Positions 18,767-30,814 of a stretch of 39,429 bases of DNA are shown piece after piece (positions within the stretch are counted from its first letter, which is position 1; each line of letters starts with the position of its first letter). The notes under the pieces were generated by a model. The model was not told the origin of the DNA. It ran no database searches and saw nothing but the letters and a program-made list of their open reading frames with translations. The stretch comes from a virus. Taxonomy: Duplodnaviria; Heunggongvirae; Uroviricota; Caudoviricetes. The DNA lies in IMG/VR virus record IMGVR_UViG_2529292726_000015, positions 1 through 39,429 of that record; one strand, written 5' to 3'. The position numbers and the translations under genes are program-made.

Positions 18767-19009
18767 ATGGCAGAGATTATTCCCATGACTGAAGAACAGA
18801 AATTCCAGTTAGAGATTTACAAACTGGTCATGAACCAGAACGCAGCCGCAGAAGAAGCATTTCAATTCATTGGCACTGACGAACTGAAGCTTGAGCTATT
18901 CAAAATTCACTTCCAGTCAGGTGGCGCTAATTCAGATATCACGATCCGCACATTTGAAGCGGTGCGTAAATCGAAGGAAGCGTTAGACCTGTTCACCACC
19001 GGAGCATGA
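18767..19009 (+). CDS. Hypothetical protein upstream of terminase (80 aa)
   Basis: Intact ORF; ACGGAG RBS before ATG. Confidence 0.45.
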   Translation: MAEIIPMTEEQKFQLEIYKLVMNQNAAAEEAFQFIGTDELKLELFKIHFQSGGANSDITIRTFEAVRKSKEALDLFTTGA

Positions 19010-19044
19010 TGCTCAACCTGAAATAACGATTAAGTGAGATGAAT

Positions 19045-19533
19045 ATGGCAGCACCAAAGGGCAACCGATTCTGGGAGGCCCGCAGTAGTCATGGGCGAAA
19101 CCCTAAATTCGAATCGCCTGAGGCGCTGTGGGCTGCTTGTTGTGAATACTTCGAGTGGGCTGATGATAACCCGCTATGGGAGGGTAAGGTATTTTCATAT
19201 CAGGGAGAAATAATTAAGGCTAATGTCCCTAAGATGCGAGCCATGACTATTTCAGGATTGTGTACCTTCCTTGATATCACCAGGCAAACATGGGGAACCT
19301 TCCGGTCAATGGAAGGTTTTTCTGACGTCACATCACGAGCGGAAGACATCATCTACGACCAGAAATTCTCTGGCGCAGCCGCTGACCTTCTCAACGCTAA
19401 CATCATCGCCCGTGATTTGGGCCTCAAAGAGCAGTCGCAAGTTGAAGACGTGACACCTGATAAGGGAGATCGCGATAAGCGGCGCTCTCGTATCAAGGAG
19501 CTATTCAACCGTGGAACTGGACGCGATTCTTGA
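19045..19533 (+). CDS. 3: Terminase small subunit (P22 gp3-like); ORF-track start at 19039 also possible
   Basis: [46 protein letters not shown]... matches P22 gp3. Confidence 0.85.
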   Translation: MAAPKGNRFWEARSSHGRNPKFESPEALWAACCEYFEWADDNPLWEGKVFSYQGEIIKANVPKMRAMTISGLCTFLDITRQTWGTFRSMEGFSDVTSRAEDIIYDQKFSGAAADLLNANIIARDLGLKEQSQVEDVTPDKGDRDKRRSRIKELFNRGTGRDS

Positions 19534-21010
19534 TAACCTGAGCGACGAAGAGCAAATCGAATTGCTCGAGCTACTCGAAGAAGAAGAGAACTACCGGAAC
19601 ACACACCTGCTATATGAATTTACGCCATACAGCAAACAGCGTGAGTTCATCGACGCCGGGCATGACTATCCAGAGCGCTGTTTTATGGCTGGTAACCAGC
19701 TTGGTAAGTCATTTACTGGTGCTGCTGAAGTCGCGTTTCACCTTACAGGGCGTTATCCTGGCACAAAAGGCTATCCTGCTGATGGTAAATATGGCGGTGA
19801 GTGGAAAGGTAAGCGTTTCTATGAGCCTGTTGTCTTTTGGATTGGTGGCGAGACAAACGAGACTGTAACCAAAACGACTCAACGCATCCTGTGCGGTCGT
19901 ATCGAAGAGAATGGTGAGCCAGGCTACGGTTCCATACCGAAAGAGGACATCATTAGCTGGAAGAAGTCTCCTTTCTTTCCGAACCTTGTTGATCATCTTC
20001 TGGTTAAGCATCACACGGCTGATGGTGTTGAAGATGGCATTTCAATCTGCTACTTCAAACCATACTCGCAAGGCCGTGCTCGCTGGCAGGGTGACACAAT
20101 CCACGGCGTGTGGTTTGACGAAGAGCCACCATACAGCATTTATGGCGAAGGTCTTACCCGTACCAACAAATACGGGCAATTCTCAATTCTGACGTTTACC
20201 CCGCTGATGGGGATGTCTGACGTTGTTACCAAGTTCCTGAAGAATCCCAGTAAGTCGCAGAAAGTGGTCAACATGACCATCTATGACGCAGAGCACTACA
20301 CCGACGAGCAGAAAGAGCAAATCATCGCATCCTATCCCGAGCATGAGAGAGAGGCACGTGCTCGTGGTATTCCTACGATGGGTAGTGGTCGAATCTTCCA
20401 GATACCGGAAGAGACAATTAAGTGTCAGCCGTTCGAGTGTCCTGATCACTTCTACGTAATTGGCGGGATGGATTTCGGATGGGATCACCCACAGGCGCAG
20501 GTTCAGCTTTGGTGGGATAAGGACGCAGACACAATCTACGTTTCACGCGTGTGGAAGGCGAAAGAAAAAACAGCCGTTCAGGCGTGGGGAGCCGTTAAAT
20601 CATGGGCGCATAAAGTGCCAACAGCATGGCCTCATGACGGAAACCAGCATGAGAAGGGCGGCGGTGAGCAGCTCAAAGGGCAGTATGCAGACGCTGGATT
20701 TATGATGTTACAGGAGCATGCGACATGGCCTGATGGCGGTAATGCTGTGGAGCCTGGCATCACTGAATTGCGCGACATGATGCTCGATGGTCGCTTCAAA
20801 GTATTCAACACCTGTGAGCCATTCTTTGAGGAGTTCCGCCTCTATCACCGTGATGAAAACGGGAAAATCGTCAAGCTTAACGACGACGTTCTCTCAGCCG
20901 TTCGCTATGCATACATGATGCGCCGCTTCGCCAAAATGATGCGCGACATCAAAAAACCAAAAGAGAAAAAGATACCAGCCCCAATCAGGCCCATCGCACG
21001 GAGAACTTAA
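19511..21010 (+). CDS. 2: Terminase large subunit (P22 gp2-like)
   Basis: 499 aa, same length as P22 gp2; [46 protein letters not shown]... Confidence 0.92.
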   Translation: MELDAILDNLSDEEQIELLELLEEEENYRNTHLLYEFTPYSKQREFIDAGHDYPERCFMAGNQLGKSFTGAAEVAFHLTGRYPGTKGYPADGKYGGEWKGKRFYEPVVFWIGGETNETVTKTTQRILCGRIEENGEPGYGSIPKEDIISWKKSPFFPNLVDHLLVKHHTADGVEDGISICYFKPYSQGRARWQGDTIHGVWFDEEPPYSIYGEGLTRTNKYGQFSILTFTPLMGMSDVVTKFLKNPSKSQKVVNMTIYDAEHYTDEQKEQIIASYPEHEREARARGIPTMGSGRIFQIPEETIKCQPFECPDHFYVIGGMDFGWDHPQAQVQLWWDKDADTIYVSRVWKAKEKTAVQAWGAVKSWAHKVPTAWPHDGNQHEKGGGEQLKGQYADAGFMMLQEHATWPDGGNAVEPGITELRDMMLDGRFKVFNTCEPFFEEFRLYHRDENGKIVKLNDDVLSAVRYAYMMRRFAKMMRDIKKPKEKKIPAPIRPIARRT

Positions 21011-23176
21011 ATGGCCGACGAAAACAGACTCAATTCCATTCTGTGTAAGTTTGACGCGGACTGGATGGCGAGCGATGAAGCCAGAACCGAGGCGACAAAT
21101 GACCTGTATTTTAGCCGAGTGTCGCAATGGGATGACTGGCTATCAAACTACACTACCCTGCAATATCGCGGACAATTCGATGTTGTTCGCCCGGTGGTCA
21201 GGAAACTGGTAGCAGAGATGCGCCGGAACCCTATCGACGTTCTCTTCCGACCCAAAGACGGCGCTAATCCTGATGCTGCCGATGTGTTGATGGGAATGTA
21301 TCGTACTGATATGCGCCATAACACGGCAAAGATTGCCGTTAACGTTGGCGTTCGTGAGCAGATAGAGTCCGGCGTTGGTGCATGGCGTCTGGTCACGCAG
21401 TACGAAGACAACGACCCAACAAGCAACAATCAGGTAATCCGACGCCTTCCAATCCATGAAGCCTGCTCACACGTCATATGGGACGCCAACAGCAAGCAGA
21501 TGGATAAGAGCGACGCTAAGCACTGCACGGTGATTAACGCTTTGCCACGCAATGGCTGGAAAGAGTTCGCAGAGGATTACGGTATTGATCCTGACACCCT
21601 GCCATCTTTCCAGAATCCGAACGACACATGGCTGTTTCCGTGGGTATCGAATGATGTCGTCTACGTCGCCGAGTATTACGAGGTAGAAGAGAAGAAGGAG
21701 AAAGTCTTCATCTACCGCGACCCGCTGACAGGTGAGCCGGTCAGCTATTACCAGCAGGATATTAAAGACGTTATCGACGACCTGGCTAATCGTGGATTCA
21801 TTAAGGTAGCAGAGCGCAAGGTGAAGCGTCGGCGTGTGTATAAGTCGATCATCACCTGCACGCAGATACTGAAAGATCGCGAGAAGATAGCCGGAGAGCA
21901 TATCCCAATCGTTCCAGTGTATGGAGAATGGTCATTTGCTGGTGACAAGGAGTGCTACGAGGGAGTGGTAAGGCTGACGAAAGACGGTCAACGCCTTCGT
22001 AACATGATCATGTCGTTCAACGCCGATATTGTTGCTCGTTCACCGAAGAAGAAACCGACCTTCTTCCCTGAGCAAATCGAAGGCTACGAATACATGTACG
22101 GTGGAAATGATGACTATCCGTACTATCTGCAGAACAGGACCGATGAAAACGGTAACGACCTGCCGATTGGTCCAATCTCCTACATGGAAAACCCTGAAGT
22201 GCCGCAAGCCAACGCTTACATGCTTGAGGCTGCCACCAACGCAGTGAAAGAGGTAGCTAGTCTTGGCGTTGATGCGCAGGCGGCAAATGGTCAGGTCGCT
22301 TTCGATACCGTCAATCAACTGAACATGCGGGCAGACCTTGAGACATACGTGTTTCAGGATAACCTGGCTACCGCAATGCGACGTGATGGCGAGATTTATG
22401 CCTCAATGGTCAACGATATTTATGACGTTCCTCGTCATGTAACGCTGACACTTGAAGATGGTAGCGAGAAAGACGTTCAACTATACGCGCAAGTTGTAGA
22501 TTACCAGTCCGGTAATGTGGTCACACTCAACGACATTCGCGGTCGCTATGAGTGCTATACAGACGTTGGACCATCCTTCCAGAGTATGAAGGAACAGAAC
22601 CGCGCAGAGATTCAGGAGTTGCTCACCAAGGTTCCGCAAGGTACTCCAGAGTTCCAGATGCTGATGCTGCAATACTTCACGCTGCTTGACGGTAAAGGCG
22701 TCGAGATGATGCGAGAGTACGCGAACAAGCAACTGGTGATGATGGGGCTGAAGAAACCAGAAACACCTGAAGAGATGGAGATGGTACAGCAGGCTCAACA
22801 GCAGCCGCAGCAGCCATCAGCAGAGCAAATTCAGGCGCAGGGTATCCTTCTGCAAGGTCAGGCTGAATTGCTCAAGGCAGAGAACCAACAGGCGCAGATT
22901 CAGGTTGAAGCCGCCAAGGTTGAAGCCCAAAACCAACTCAACGCCGCGAAGATTGCGGAAATCTTCAACAATATGGACCTCGACAAGCAGGCAGAACTGC
23001 GTGAGTACCTCAAGCTCGTAGGTCAATTCCAGCAACAGCGCAGCAAAGATGCTCGTGCTAACGCTGAGCTGCTTCTTAAAGATGCAGACCAGACTCATTC
23101 ACAACGCATGGATTTCGCGAATCTTATGCGTCAAGTTCAAATCCCCTCCGGCGGAGTAGCCGAGACACCTCAATAA
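21011..23176 (+). CDS. 1: Portal protein (P22 gp1-like)
   Basis: 721 aa directly after terminase; P22 gp1-like sequence and position. Confidence 0.92.
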   Translation: MADENRLNSILCKFDADWMASDEARTEATNDLYFSRVSQWDDWLSNYTTLQYRGQFDVVRPVVRKLVAEMRRNPIDVLFRPKDGANPDAADVLMGMYRTDMRHNTAKIAVNVGVREQIESGVGAWRLVTQYEDNDPTSNNQVIRRLPIHEACSHVIWDANSKQMDKSDAKHCTVINALPRNGWKEFAEDYGIDPDTLPSFQNPNDTWLFPWVSNDVVYVAEYYEVEEKKEKVFIYRDPLTGEPVSYYQQDIKDVIDDLANRGFIKVAERKVKRRRVYKSIITCTQILKDREKIAGEHIPIVPVYGEWSFAGDKECYEGVVRLTKDGQRLRNMIMSFNADIVARSPKKKPTFFPEQIEGYEYMYGGNDDYPYYLQNRTDENGNDLPIGPISYMENPEVPQANAYMLEAATNAVKEVASLGVDAQAANGQVAFDTVNQLNMRADLETYVFQDNLATAMRRDGEIYASMVNDIYDVPRHVTLTLEDGSEKDVQLYAQVVDYQSGNVVTLNDIRGRYECYTDVGPSFQSMKEQNRAEIQELLTKVPQGTPEFQMLMLQYFTLLDGKGVEMMREYANKQLVMMGLKKPETPEEMEMVQQAQQQPQQPSAEQIQAQGILLQGQAELLKAENQQAQIQVEAAKVEAQNQLNAAKIAEIFNNMDLDKQAELREYLKLVGQFQQQRSKDARANAELLLKDADQTHSQRMDFANLMRQVQIPSGGVAETPQ

Positions 23177-23189
23177 GAGAGAGTTAATC

Positions 23190-24101
23190 ATGTACCAAAC
23201 CACCGACATTCAGGCTTCTGAAGAATTAACCCTGCCCGACAATCATGCAGCGGCATCTGCTGATGGCTTAGTTGTCGATAATGCCAACGACAACGCAGGT
23301 CAGGAAGAAGGCTTCGAGATTGTCCTGAAAGACGATGAGAAACCGAAACAAGACCCGGCAACTAATGCTGAATTTGCCCGTCGCCGCATCGAACGCAAAC
23401 GCCAGCGTGAGCTTGAGCAGCAGATGGAAGCGGTTAAGCGTGGAGAGTTGCCGGAGCACCTGCGGGGGAACCCTGAGTTACCAAAACAACCAGACCCTAA
23501 CGATTATCTTTCCGAAGATGCACTGGCTAAGTACGACTATGACCAGAGCCGCGCACTGGCTGCCTTCCAGCAGGCAAACAGTGAATGGCAGATCAAGGCT
23601 ATGGACGCACGAAGCCAGGCTGTCGCCGAGCAGGGTCGCAAAACTCAGGAGTTCACCCAGCAATCAGCGCAATACGTCGAGGCAGCCCGTAAGCACTACG
23701 ACGCAGCGGAAAAGCTCAATATCCCTGACTATCAGGAGAAAGAGGATGCATTCATGCAACTGGTGCCGCCAGCAGTCGGTGCCGACATCATGCGCCTCTT
23801 CCCGGAGAAATCCGCCGCTCTCATGTATCACCTTGGTGCTAATCCTGAGAAAACACGCCAGTTGCTGGCGATGGACGGGCAATCCGCGCTGATTGAACTC
23901 ACCCGACTGTCAGAACGTTTACCTCTCAAGCCTCGAGCCAAACCTGTTTCAGAAGCCCCGTTACCTGATGAACCCATTCAGGGACACGCTGTTGCTGCAA
24001 ATATCTCTGCGATTGAAAAGCAGATGGAAGCGGCAGCAAACAAAGGGGATGTAGAGACATACCGCAAGCTCAAGGCGCAACTGAATAAAGGAATTCGATA
24101 A
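23190..24101 (+). CDS. 8: Scaffolding protein (P22 gp8-like)
   Basis: 303 aa, helical and charged, between portal and coat. Confidence 0.88.
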   Translation: MYQTTDIQASEELTLPDNHAAASADGLVVDNANDNAGQEEGFEIVLKDDEKPKQDPATNAEFARRRIERKRQRELEQQMEAVKRGELPEHLRGNPELPKQPDPNDYLSEDALAKYDYDQSRALAAFQQANSEWQIKAMDARSQAVAEQGRKTQEFTQQSAQYVEAARKHYDAAEKLNIPDYQEKEDAFMQLVPPAVGADIMRLFPEKSAALMYHLGANPEKTRQLLAMDGQSALIELTRLSERLPLKPRAKPVSEAPLPDEPIQGHAVAANISAIEKQMEAAANKGDVETYRKLKAQLNKGIR

Positions 24102-25402
24102 TGGCATTAAAAGAAGGGCAGTTAGTTACTTACGCTATCGATGAAATCATCGAAACCGTCCAGAACCTGACGCCAATGGCGTCCAAAGTGACAAAATACA
24201 CCCCTCCGGCAGAATCCATGCAGCGTTCAAGCAACACCGTGTGGATGCCTGTTGAGCAGGAAGCGCCAACTCAGACTGGCTGGGATTTAACTGGCAAGGC
24301 AAGCGGGATTCTGGAACTCTCCGTGAAATGCAACATGGGCGATCCGGATAACGATTTCTTCGAGCTTCGTGCAGATGACCTGCGTGATGAGCGTTCTTAC
24401 CGTCGCCGCATCCAGGCATCCGCCAGAAAACTGGCGAATAACATTGAGTCAGCGATTGCCAAACAGGCAACTGAAATGGGCTCGCTTGTTGTTCACGATA
24501 CCCGCGCAATTGGTCCATCATCTACTGACCTGTCTGGCTGGGATTTTGTGTCTGATGCAGAGCGCCTGATGTTCTCCCGTGAGCTAAACCGCGATATGGG
24601 CATCAGTTACTTCATGAACCCTGACGATTACCGCAAATCAGGCCGCAACCTGGTAGATGGTGACATCTTTGGTCGCGTTCCTGAAGAAGCGTATCGTAAC
24701 GGTACTATTCAGCGTCAGATTGCTGGCTTTGATGAAATTCTTCGCTCACCGAAACTTCCGGCAGTTACCAAGTCAACCGCTACTGGTGTAACTGTGACTG
24801 GAGCGCAGAAGTTTAAGCCGCAGGCATACACCCTTGATACCGATGGTAACAAAGAGAACGTCGACAACCGTGTTGCAACGGTGACCGTATCCTCCACCGC
24901 CGGATTTAATCGCGGCGACAAAATCAGCTTCACTGGTGTGAAATTCCTGTCTCAGATGGCGAAGAACGTGCTGACTGATGATGCGACTTTCTCAATCACC
25001 CGTGTGATCGATGGTACTCACATCGAAATCACGCCGAAGCCGATTGCACTGGATGACGAGTCACTGACAAAAGAAGAGAAGGCTTACGCTAATGTAAACA
25101 CCTCTCTTGCTGCGAGCACTACGGTAAACGTTCTGAATGTGGCAACAACCACCGCTAACGTGTTCTGGGCTGATGACTCAATCCGTCTGCTGTCTCAGCC
25201 GATCCCTGTAACCCATGAACTGTTTGCTGGTATGAAAACGTCTTCCTTCAGCATTCCTGGCATTGGTGTTAACGGCATCTTCGCAACGCAGGGTGATATC
25301 AACACTCTGTCTGGTAAGTGCCGTATTGCTGTGTGGTATTCAGCATGTGCTGTACGACCAGAGGCAATTGGTGTTGGTCTGCCTAACCAGACTGCGGGAT
25401 AA
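24101..25402 (+). CDS. 5: Major capsid (coat) protein (P22 gp5-like)
   Basis: 433 aa [54 protein letters not shown]... matches P22 coat. Confidence 0.92.
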   Translation: MALKEGQLVTYAIDEIIETVQNLTPMASKVTKYTPPAESMQRSSNTVWMPVEQEAPTQTGWDLTGKASGILELSVKCNMGDPDNDFFELRADDLRDERSYRRRIQASARKLANNIESAIAKQATEMGSLVVHDTRAIGPSSTDLSGWDFVSDAERLMFSRELNRDMGISYFMNPDDYRKSGRNLVDGDIFGRVPEEAYRNGTIQRQIAGFDEILRSPKLPAVTKSTATGVTVTGAQKFKPQAYTLDTDGNKENVDNRVATVTVSSTAGFNRGDKISFTGVKFLSQMAKNVLTDDATFSITRVIDGTHIEITPKPIALDDESLTKEEKAYANVNTSLAASTTVNVLNVATTTANVFWADDSIRLLSQPIPVTHELFAGMKTSSFSIPGIGVNGIFATQGDINTLSGKCRIAVWYSACAVRPEAIGVGLPNQTAG

Positions 25403-25404
25403 CC

Positions 25405-25431
25405 AGAGGGAGCTTCGGCTCCCTTTTTTAT
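25405..25431 (+). terminator. Rho-independent terminator after coat gene
   Basis: Stem GAGGGAGC-TTCG-GCTCCC followed by TTTTTTA. Confidence 0.7.
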
Positions 25432-25443
25432 CTGGAGACAAGC

Positions 25444-25698
25444 ATGACACACATGATCTTTCGTCATGGCGACATGAAGAAGTGGAAAGGCGTTGGCTAC
25501 GACTTTGAAATCGTGAAAGCCGAAGAGCTTCAGGAATATCTGGATGCTGGTTGGTTTTCACATCCCGATGACCTTCTGAAGGATGTTGCAGAGCCTGAGC
25601 CAGAAGAAAAACAGCGTAAAAAGCCTGGTCGAAAACCTAAGGCGGCAGCAGATGAACCTGACAACGAAGGGGGATTTAGTTCTTGCGGCATTACGTAA
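25444..25698 (+). CDS. Hypothetical small protein between coat and gp4 (84 aa); overlaps gp4 start by 47 nt
   Basis: GGAGACA RBS before ATG; C-terminal third is low-complexity and may be non-coding read-through. Confidence 0.3.
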   Translation: MTHMIFRHGDMKKWKGVGYDFEIVKAEELQEYLDAGWFSHPDDLLKDVAEPEPEEKQRKKPGRKPKAAADEPDNEGGFSSCGIT

Positions 25699-26152
25699 GC
25701 TCGGTGTGGCATCAAATGCCACGTTAACCGATGTCGAACCGCAGTCTATGGAAGACGGCGTCAACGACCTTGAAATGATGATGGCTGAATGGCTTGGCGG
25801 TGATGCGTCACCTGGTATCAACGTTGGCTACATTTTTGCTGATGCAGATGTCGCTCCAGATCCGGGAGATGAGCACGGTTTATCAAATAACGCTATCAAT
25901 GCCGTCATTTTCAACCTTGCCTGCCGCATTGCTCCGGATTATGCGCTGGAAGCTTCTGCAAAACTTATAACCACTGCCAGATACGGGAAAGAGCGACTCG
26001 TCAAACTGTCTGCAATGGACAGAGCAAAAGCCGCTAAATGTAAGTCCGGTTATCCAAACCGTATGCCTGTTGGTAGTGGTAACCAGTTGGCGAAGTGGAA
26101 TGGTTGGAATTACTTCCACCGAAAGGAACCTTGCGATAACGGGAGCGAATAA
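25652..26152 (+). CDS. 4: Head-tail adaptor / tail accessory protein (P22 gp4-like)
   Basis: [41 protein letters not shown]... aligns with P22 gp4 N-terminus; the ORF-track start at 25583 is an extension. Confidence 0.85.
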   Translation: MNLTTKGDLVLAALRKLGVASNATLTDVEPQSMEDGVNDLEMMMAEWLGGDASPGINVGYIFADADVAPDPGDEHGLSNNAINAVIFNLACRIAPDYALEASAKLITTARYGKERLVKLSAMDRAKAAKCKSGYPNRMPVGSGNQLAKWNGWNYFHRKEPCDNGSE

Positions 26153-27570
26153 TGCCTATTCAGCAACTTCCGCTTATGAAAGGTGTCGGCAAAGACTTTC
26201 GAAACGCCGACTATATCGACTATCTGCCAGTGAATATGCTGGCTACACCCAAAGAAATCCTCAACAGCAGCGGATATCTTCGCTCATTCCCGGGCATTGC
26301 CAAACGTTCTGATGTGAACGGTGTATCTCGAGGCGTCGAGTACAACATGGCGCAGAATGCTGTTTATCGTGTGTGTGGTGGCAAGCTGTACAAAGGAGAA
26401 AGTGAAGTCGGTGACGTTGCCGGAAGTGGTCGCGTATCAATGGCGCATGGTCGGACATCACAGGCAGTAGGCGTTAATGGTCAACTGGTCGAGTATCGCT
26501 ATGATGGCACGGTTAAAACCGTCTCAAACTGGCCTACAGACAGCGGATTTACTCAGTATGAGTTAGGTTCTGTTCGTGACATTACGCGCTTACGTGGGCG
26601 TTATGCGTGGTCAAAAGACGGAACTGATTCATGGTTTATCACTGACCCTGAAGACGAATCGCATCCTGACCGTTACAGCGCACAATATCGCGCAGAATCG
26701 CAGCCGGACGGCATCATCGGTATCGGCACATGGCGAGACTTCATCGTCTGCTTTGGTTCATCGACGATTGAATATTTCTCCCTGACTGGCGCAAACACCG
26801 TTGGTGCTGCTTTGTATGTCGCACAGCCATCACTGATGGTGCAAAAAGGCATCGCCGGGACTTACTGCAAAACGCCGTTTGCTGATTCGTATGCGTTCAT
26901 AAGCAATCCGGCAACAGGTGCGCCGTCTGTATACATCATCGGCTCCGGTCAGGTGTCACCAATCGCCAGCGCGAGCATTGAGAAAATCCTCCGCTCCTAC
27001 ACTGCTGATGAACTGGCTGATGGCGTGATGGAATCGTTGCGCTTTGATGCTCATGAATTGCTGATTATCCATCTTCCACGTCACGTCCTCGTGTACGACG
27101 CATCTTCAAGCGCCAATGGTCCGCAATGGTGTGTGTTGAAAACTGGCTTGTATGACGATGTGTACCGCGCTATCGACTTCATTTACGAAGGCAATCAGAT
27201 AACGTGCGGCGATAAGCTGGAATCCGTGACCGGGAAATTGCAGTTCGATATCAGCAGCCAGTATGGGCTACAGCAAGAACACCAGTTGTTTACACCACTC
27301 TTCAAAGCTGAGAACGCCAGATGTTTTGATCTGGAAGTTGAATCATCGACTGGTGTCGCTCAGTACGCTGACCGCCTGTTCCTCTCTGCAACCACTGACG
27401 GCATCAACTGGGGACGTGAGCAGATGATTGAGCAGAATGAACCGTTCGTTTACGACAAACGCGTTTTGTGGAAGCGAGTAGGGCGCATCAGGAAAAACAT
27501 TGGATTCAAATTGCGCGTTATCACGAAGTCACCTGTCACTCTGTCAGGCTGCCAGATAAGGATCGAGTAA
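26152..27570 (+). CDS. 10: Tail accessory protein (P22 gp10-like)
   Basis: 472 aa, same length and position as P22 gp10. Confidence 0.88.
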   Translation: MPIQQLPLMKGVGKDFRNADYIDYLPVNMLATPKEILNSSGYLRSFPGIAKRSDVNGVSRGVEYNMAQNAVYRVCGGKLYKGESEVGDVAGSGRVSMAHGRTSQAVGVNGQLVEYRYDGTVKTVSNWPTDSGFTQYELGSVRDITRLRGRYAWSKDGTDSWFITDPEDESHPDRYSAQYRAESQPDGIIGIGTWRDFIVCFGSSTIEYFSLTGANTVGAALYVAQPSLMVQKGIAGTYCKTPFADSYAFISNPATGAPSVYIIGSGQVSPIASASIEKILRSYTADELADGVMESLRFDAHELLIIHLPRHVLVYDASSSANGPQWCVLKTGLYDDVYRAIDFIYEGNQITCGDKLESVTGKLQFDISSQYGLQQEHQLFTPLFKAENARCFDLEVESSTGVAQYADRLFLSATTDGINWGREQMIEQNEPFVYDKRVLWKRVGRIRKNIGFKLRVITKSPVTLSGCQIRIE

Positions 27571-28271
27571 TGGCTGATTCGAATCTCAATACACCTGTTG
27601 TGGTTCAGGCTACGCGGCTTGATGCTTCAATTTTGCCACGCAATATATTCAGCCAGTCTTACCTGCTGTATGTCATTAATCAGGGGGCTGATGTCGGCGC
27701 AATTGCCGGGAAGGCAAATCAGGCTGGTCAGGGCGCTTACGATGCTCAAGTGAAAAACGATGAACAGGACGTCGAACTGGCAGATCACGATGCAAGAATC
27801 ACCGCAAACACAAAAGCGATAAATCTCCTTGAGGTCAGGTTAACAACTGCCGAAGGGAAGATTGTCGTACTGCGTAGCGATGTTGATCACTTGCTGGGTG
27901 AGGTTGTCGATATTCAGGCGCATCTGGTCACTGTTGACCAAAGACTGGATGACGTAGAAAACGATGTCTCTGGCATTAAGAGTGATTACGTATCGAAAAC
28001 CGTAACAGAATCGCAGTCTCTTGCGTCACCACTGGATGTAAAAACATCATATTCAGTTGATGGAATTCAGGTTGTTGGAGCAAGAAATACCGGATGGACT
28101 GCAGCCACAGGTACACCTCTTCTTGGCTCATTCAACGCTAACCAGTCATACACAGTCGGCACTACGTACACACAATCCGAAGTCGCAGCTCTCGCTACAG
28201 GTTTGCAGCAGGCGCGGCAGCGTATTCTGGCGCTTGAAACAGCACTTAGATTACATGGGTTGATTGACTGA
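27570..28271 (+). CDS. 26: Tail needle protein (P22 gp26-like)
   Basis: [36 protein letters not shown]... matches P22 gp26; 233 aa from the internal start (TAATG overlap with gp10). Confidence 0.88.
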   Translation: MADSNLNTPVVVQATRLDASILPRNIFSQSYLLYVINQGADVGAIAGKANQAGQGAYDAQVKNDEQDVELADHDARITANTKAINLLEVRLTTAEGKIVVLRSDVDHLLGEVVDIQAHLVTVDQRLDDVENDVSGIKSDYVSKTVTESQSLASPLDVKTSYSVDGIQVVGARNTGWTAATGTPLLGSFNANQSYTVGTTYTQSEVAALATGLQQARQRILALETALRLHGLID

Positions 28272-28726
28272 TGATTACATTCAAACCAACGCGAAACATC
28301 GACCTGATAGAAGCTGTCGGAAATCACCCTGACATTATTGCCGGGAGCAACAACGGTGATGGATACGACTACAAGCCTGGATGCCGTTACTTTGAGGTGA
28401 GTGTGCACGGGCAGTTCGGCGGAATTGTTTACTATCAGGAGATTCAGCCGCTGACCTTTGATTGCCACGCCATGTACCTGCCAGAGATTCGCGGATTCAG
28501 CAAGGAAATCGGGGTGGCGTTCTGGCGATACATTCTGACTAACACCTCCGTTCAGTGCGTCACATCGTTCGCCGCACGCAAATTCCGCCACGGGCAGATG
28601 TACTGCGCAATGATTGGCCTTAAGCGTGTAGGAACCATCAAGAAATACTTCAAAGGCGTGGATGACGTGACATTTTACAGTGCTACACGCGAAGAACTAA
28701 TCGACTTCCTGAATCACGGGAGATAG
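28271..28726 (+). CDS. gp14-position morphogenesis protein (call by position)
   Basis: 151-aa ORF between needle gene and gp7-like gene, as P22 gene 14. Confidence 0.5.
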   Translation: MITFKPTRNIDLIEAVGNHPDIIAGSNNGDGYDYKPGCRYFEVSVHGQFGGIVYYQEIQPLTFDCHAMYLPEIRGFSKEIGVAFWRYILTNTSVQCVTSFAARKFRHGQMYCAMIGLKRVGTIKKYFKGVDDVTFYSATREELIDFLNHGR

Positions 28727-28728
28727 CC

Positions 28729-29418
28729 ATGTTATATGCATTTAAGCTGGGCAGAAAACTGCGCGGCGAGGAACCTTATTGCCCTGAAAAAGGCGGGAAA
28801 GGTGGCTCTGATAAAAGTGCAAAGTATGCCGCAGAAGCTCAGAAGTATGCCGCAGACCTGCAAAATCAGCAGTTCAATACCATCATGAACAACCTGAAGC
28901 CGTTTACTCCTCTGGCTGGGAAGCATGTCGGCAGCCTTGAGAACTTATCGTCTCTGGAAGGGCAAGGTCAGGCACTTAACCAGTATTACAACTCTCAGCA
29001 GTACAAAGATCTTGCTGGTCAGGCTCGCTATCAGAGTCTGGCGGCAGCGGAAGCAACAGGTGGATTGGGTTCCACCGCAACCAGTAATCAGTTAGCAACA
29101 ATCGCACCAACGCTTGGTCAGCAATGGCTGTCTGGACAAATGAATAATTACAACAACCTGGCAAATATCGGTCTTGGCGCTCTTCAGGGGCAGGCAAACG
29201 CCGGGCAAACATATGCCAACAACATGAGTCAGATTTCACAGCAAAGCGCGGCTCTTGCAGCGGCAAACGCCAACCGACCGTCAGCATTGCGGCAGGGTGT
29301 TAGTGGTGCTGCATCCGGTGCGCTTTTGGGTGGTGGCATAGCCAGTGCTCTCGAGCTATCAACTCCGTGGGGTGCTGGTATCGGTGCTGGTCTTGGTCTG
29401 CTTGGCTCGTTGTTTTAA
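28729..29418 (+). CDS. 7: Ejection protein (P22 gp7-like)
   Basis: 229 aa MLYAFKLGRKLRGEEPYCPEKGGKGG...; Gly/Ala/Gln-rich. Confidence 0.85.
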   Translation: MLYAFKLGRKLRGEEPYCPEKGGKGGSDKSAKYAAEAQKYAADLQNQQFNTIMNNLKPFTPLAGKHVGSLENLSSLEGQGQALNQYYNSQQYKDLAGQARYQSLAAAEATGGLGSTATSNQLATIAPTLGQQWLSGQMNNYNNLANIGLGALQGQANAGQTYANNMSQISQQSAALAAANANRPSALRQGVSGAASGALLGGGIASALELSTPWGAGIGAGLGLLGSLF

Positions 29419-29428
29419 GGGGTAATCA

Positions 29429-30814
29429 ATGGCTACGTGGCAACAGGGTATTAATTCTGGTGGTTTTCTGGCTGGAATTGGTGCGCAAAATGAGAATGCG
29501 CCAAAGGCAAGCGACATTAACGCAACGCTTGGTCTGATCCGCGAAAACAATGAACTGGCTCAATCAGGTGCAAATAACGTTGGTCTGACCGCGTTACGTG
29601 GTCTGGCTGGAGTTGCTGATATTTATAAGCAGGACCAGCAACAGAAAGCGATTAATGCGTTCAATAAGGTTCATGCTGATGCATGGGCTTCTGGTGATCC
29701 ATCGGGACTATTTAAGTTTGCCAAGGAAAATCCAGCGTTTGTTGCGCAGGCACAACAGGCATTTTCCGGTCTTAATGAGCAGCAACGCAACGATATGGGC
29801 GATTTAGCCATGAGGGCTAACGTCGCTCTTTCTCAGGGACCGGAAGCCTACAGTAAATTCATTACTGACAACAAGGACAGGTTAAATCGCGTGGGGGCGA
29901 ATGCTGATTGGATGATTCAGACAGGTATCCAGAATCCAGAGCAGCTATCACACATGCTGACTACTATGTCTCTCGGTGCGCTTGGACCAGAAAAGGCGTT
30001 TGCTGTTCAGGATAAGATGGTTGGTCGCCAGCAGGAGCAGCAAAGAATTAACGAAACCATTCGCAATAATGACATGACGAATGCGAGGGCTATTAGGGGG
30101 CAAAACCTTTCCTATCAGTCTGCAATGACCGGACACGGACTTGCAGCAGAAAGACTGGCACTTGATAAGCAGAAATTCGGTTTTGAAGTACAACAGGCAC
30201 AAAAGAAGGCCGAGGAACTTATTAATGCTGCGCCAAAATTATCAGTGAACATGGAAAAGGCTATAGAAAAATCAGCAGGTGATGCGGCAGCTAGTCGTAA
30301 TGCTGCCGATTCAATGACAACGCTCGCTGACACGCTGGAGAAGGAGAAGCCAACTCCTGGTTTGTTCGGTAACGCTGAAAATATGTTCTCTAAGCTTACG
30401 GGGCAAGATAACTACCTCCGAGATGTGCGGATTAGATTCAACCAACTAGCCAATGCGCAGGCAACCAAGCTTCTCCCTCCCGGCCCTGCATCAGATAAGG
30501 ATATTGAGTTTGCAAGGAAAGGCATTCCAAGCGAAACGGATAATCCAATGGTTATGGCTCGATGGTTAAGGGGTATGGCAAAAATGGAAAGTAATAACGC
30601 GAAATTCAACGAGTTTAGGTCAGAGTGGATGAGTGCAAACGGCAGCCCAGGACAATCTGATCGCAACCGAAACATCATGGGGATGGATGTTAAGAAGGGT
30701 GAATCATTGAACTCTGCGGCAAAACGTTTTCTTTCCTCAAGTTATGGCGATAGCCAACCTCAACAGCAATTGTCCGATGACGAATTAATTAGCAAATATC
30801 TCGGAGGGCAGTAA
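29429..30814 (+). CDS. 20: Ejection protein (P22 gp20-like)
   Basis: 461 aa; position and composition as P22 gp20. Confidence 0.8.
   Translation: MATWQQGINSGGFLAGIGAQNENAPKASDINATLGLIRENNELAQSGANNVGLTALRGLAGVADIYKQDQQQKAINAFNKVHADAWASGDPSGLFKFAKENPAFVAQAQQAFSGLNEQQRNDMGDLAMRANVALSQGPEAYSKFITDNKDRLNRVGANADWMIQTGIQNPEQLSHMLTTMSLGALGPEKAFAVQDKMVGRQQEQQRINETIRNNDMTNARAIRGQNLSYQSAMTGHGLAAERLALDKQKFGFEVQQAQKKAEELINAAPKLSVNMEKAIEKSAGDAAASRNAADSMTTLADTLEKEKPTPGLFGNAENMFSKLTGQDNYLRDVRIRFNQLANAQATKLLPPGPASDKDIEFARKGIPSETDNPMVMARWLRGMAKMESNNAKFNEFRSEWMSANGSPGQSDRNRNIMGMDVKKGESLNSAAKRFLSSSYGDSQPQQQLSDDELISKYLGGQ

Noticed and set aside
21143-23098. Several minus-strand ORFs of 90-145 aa inside the portal gene
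   Set aside because: Fully nested antisense to a confidently identified portal gene; typical shadow ORFs.
25583-25651. N-terminal extension of the gp4-like ORF
   Set aside because: Homology to P22 gp4 begins at the internal Met (25652); the upstream part overlaps the preceding small ORF.
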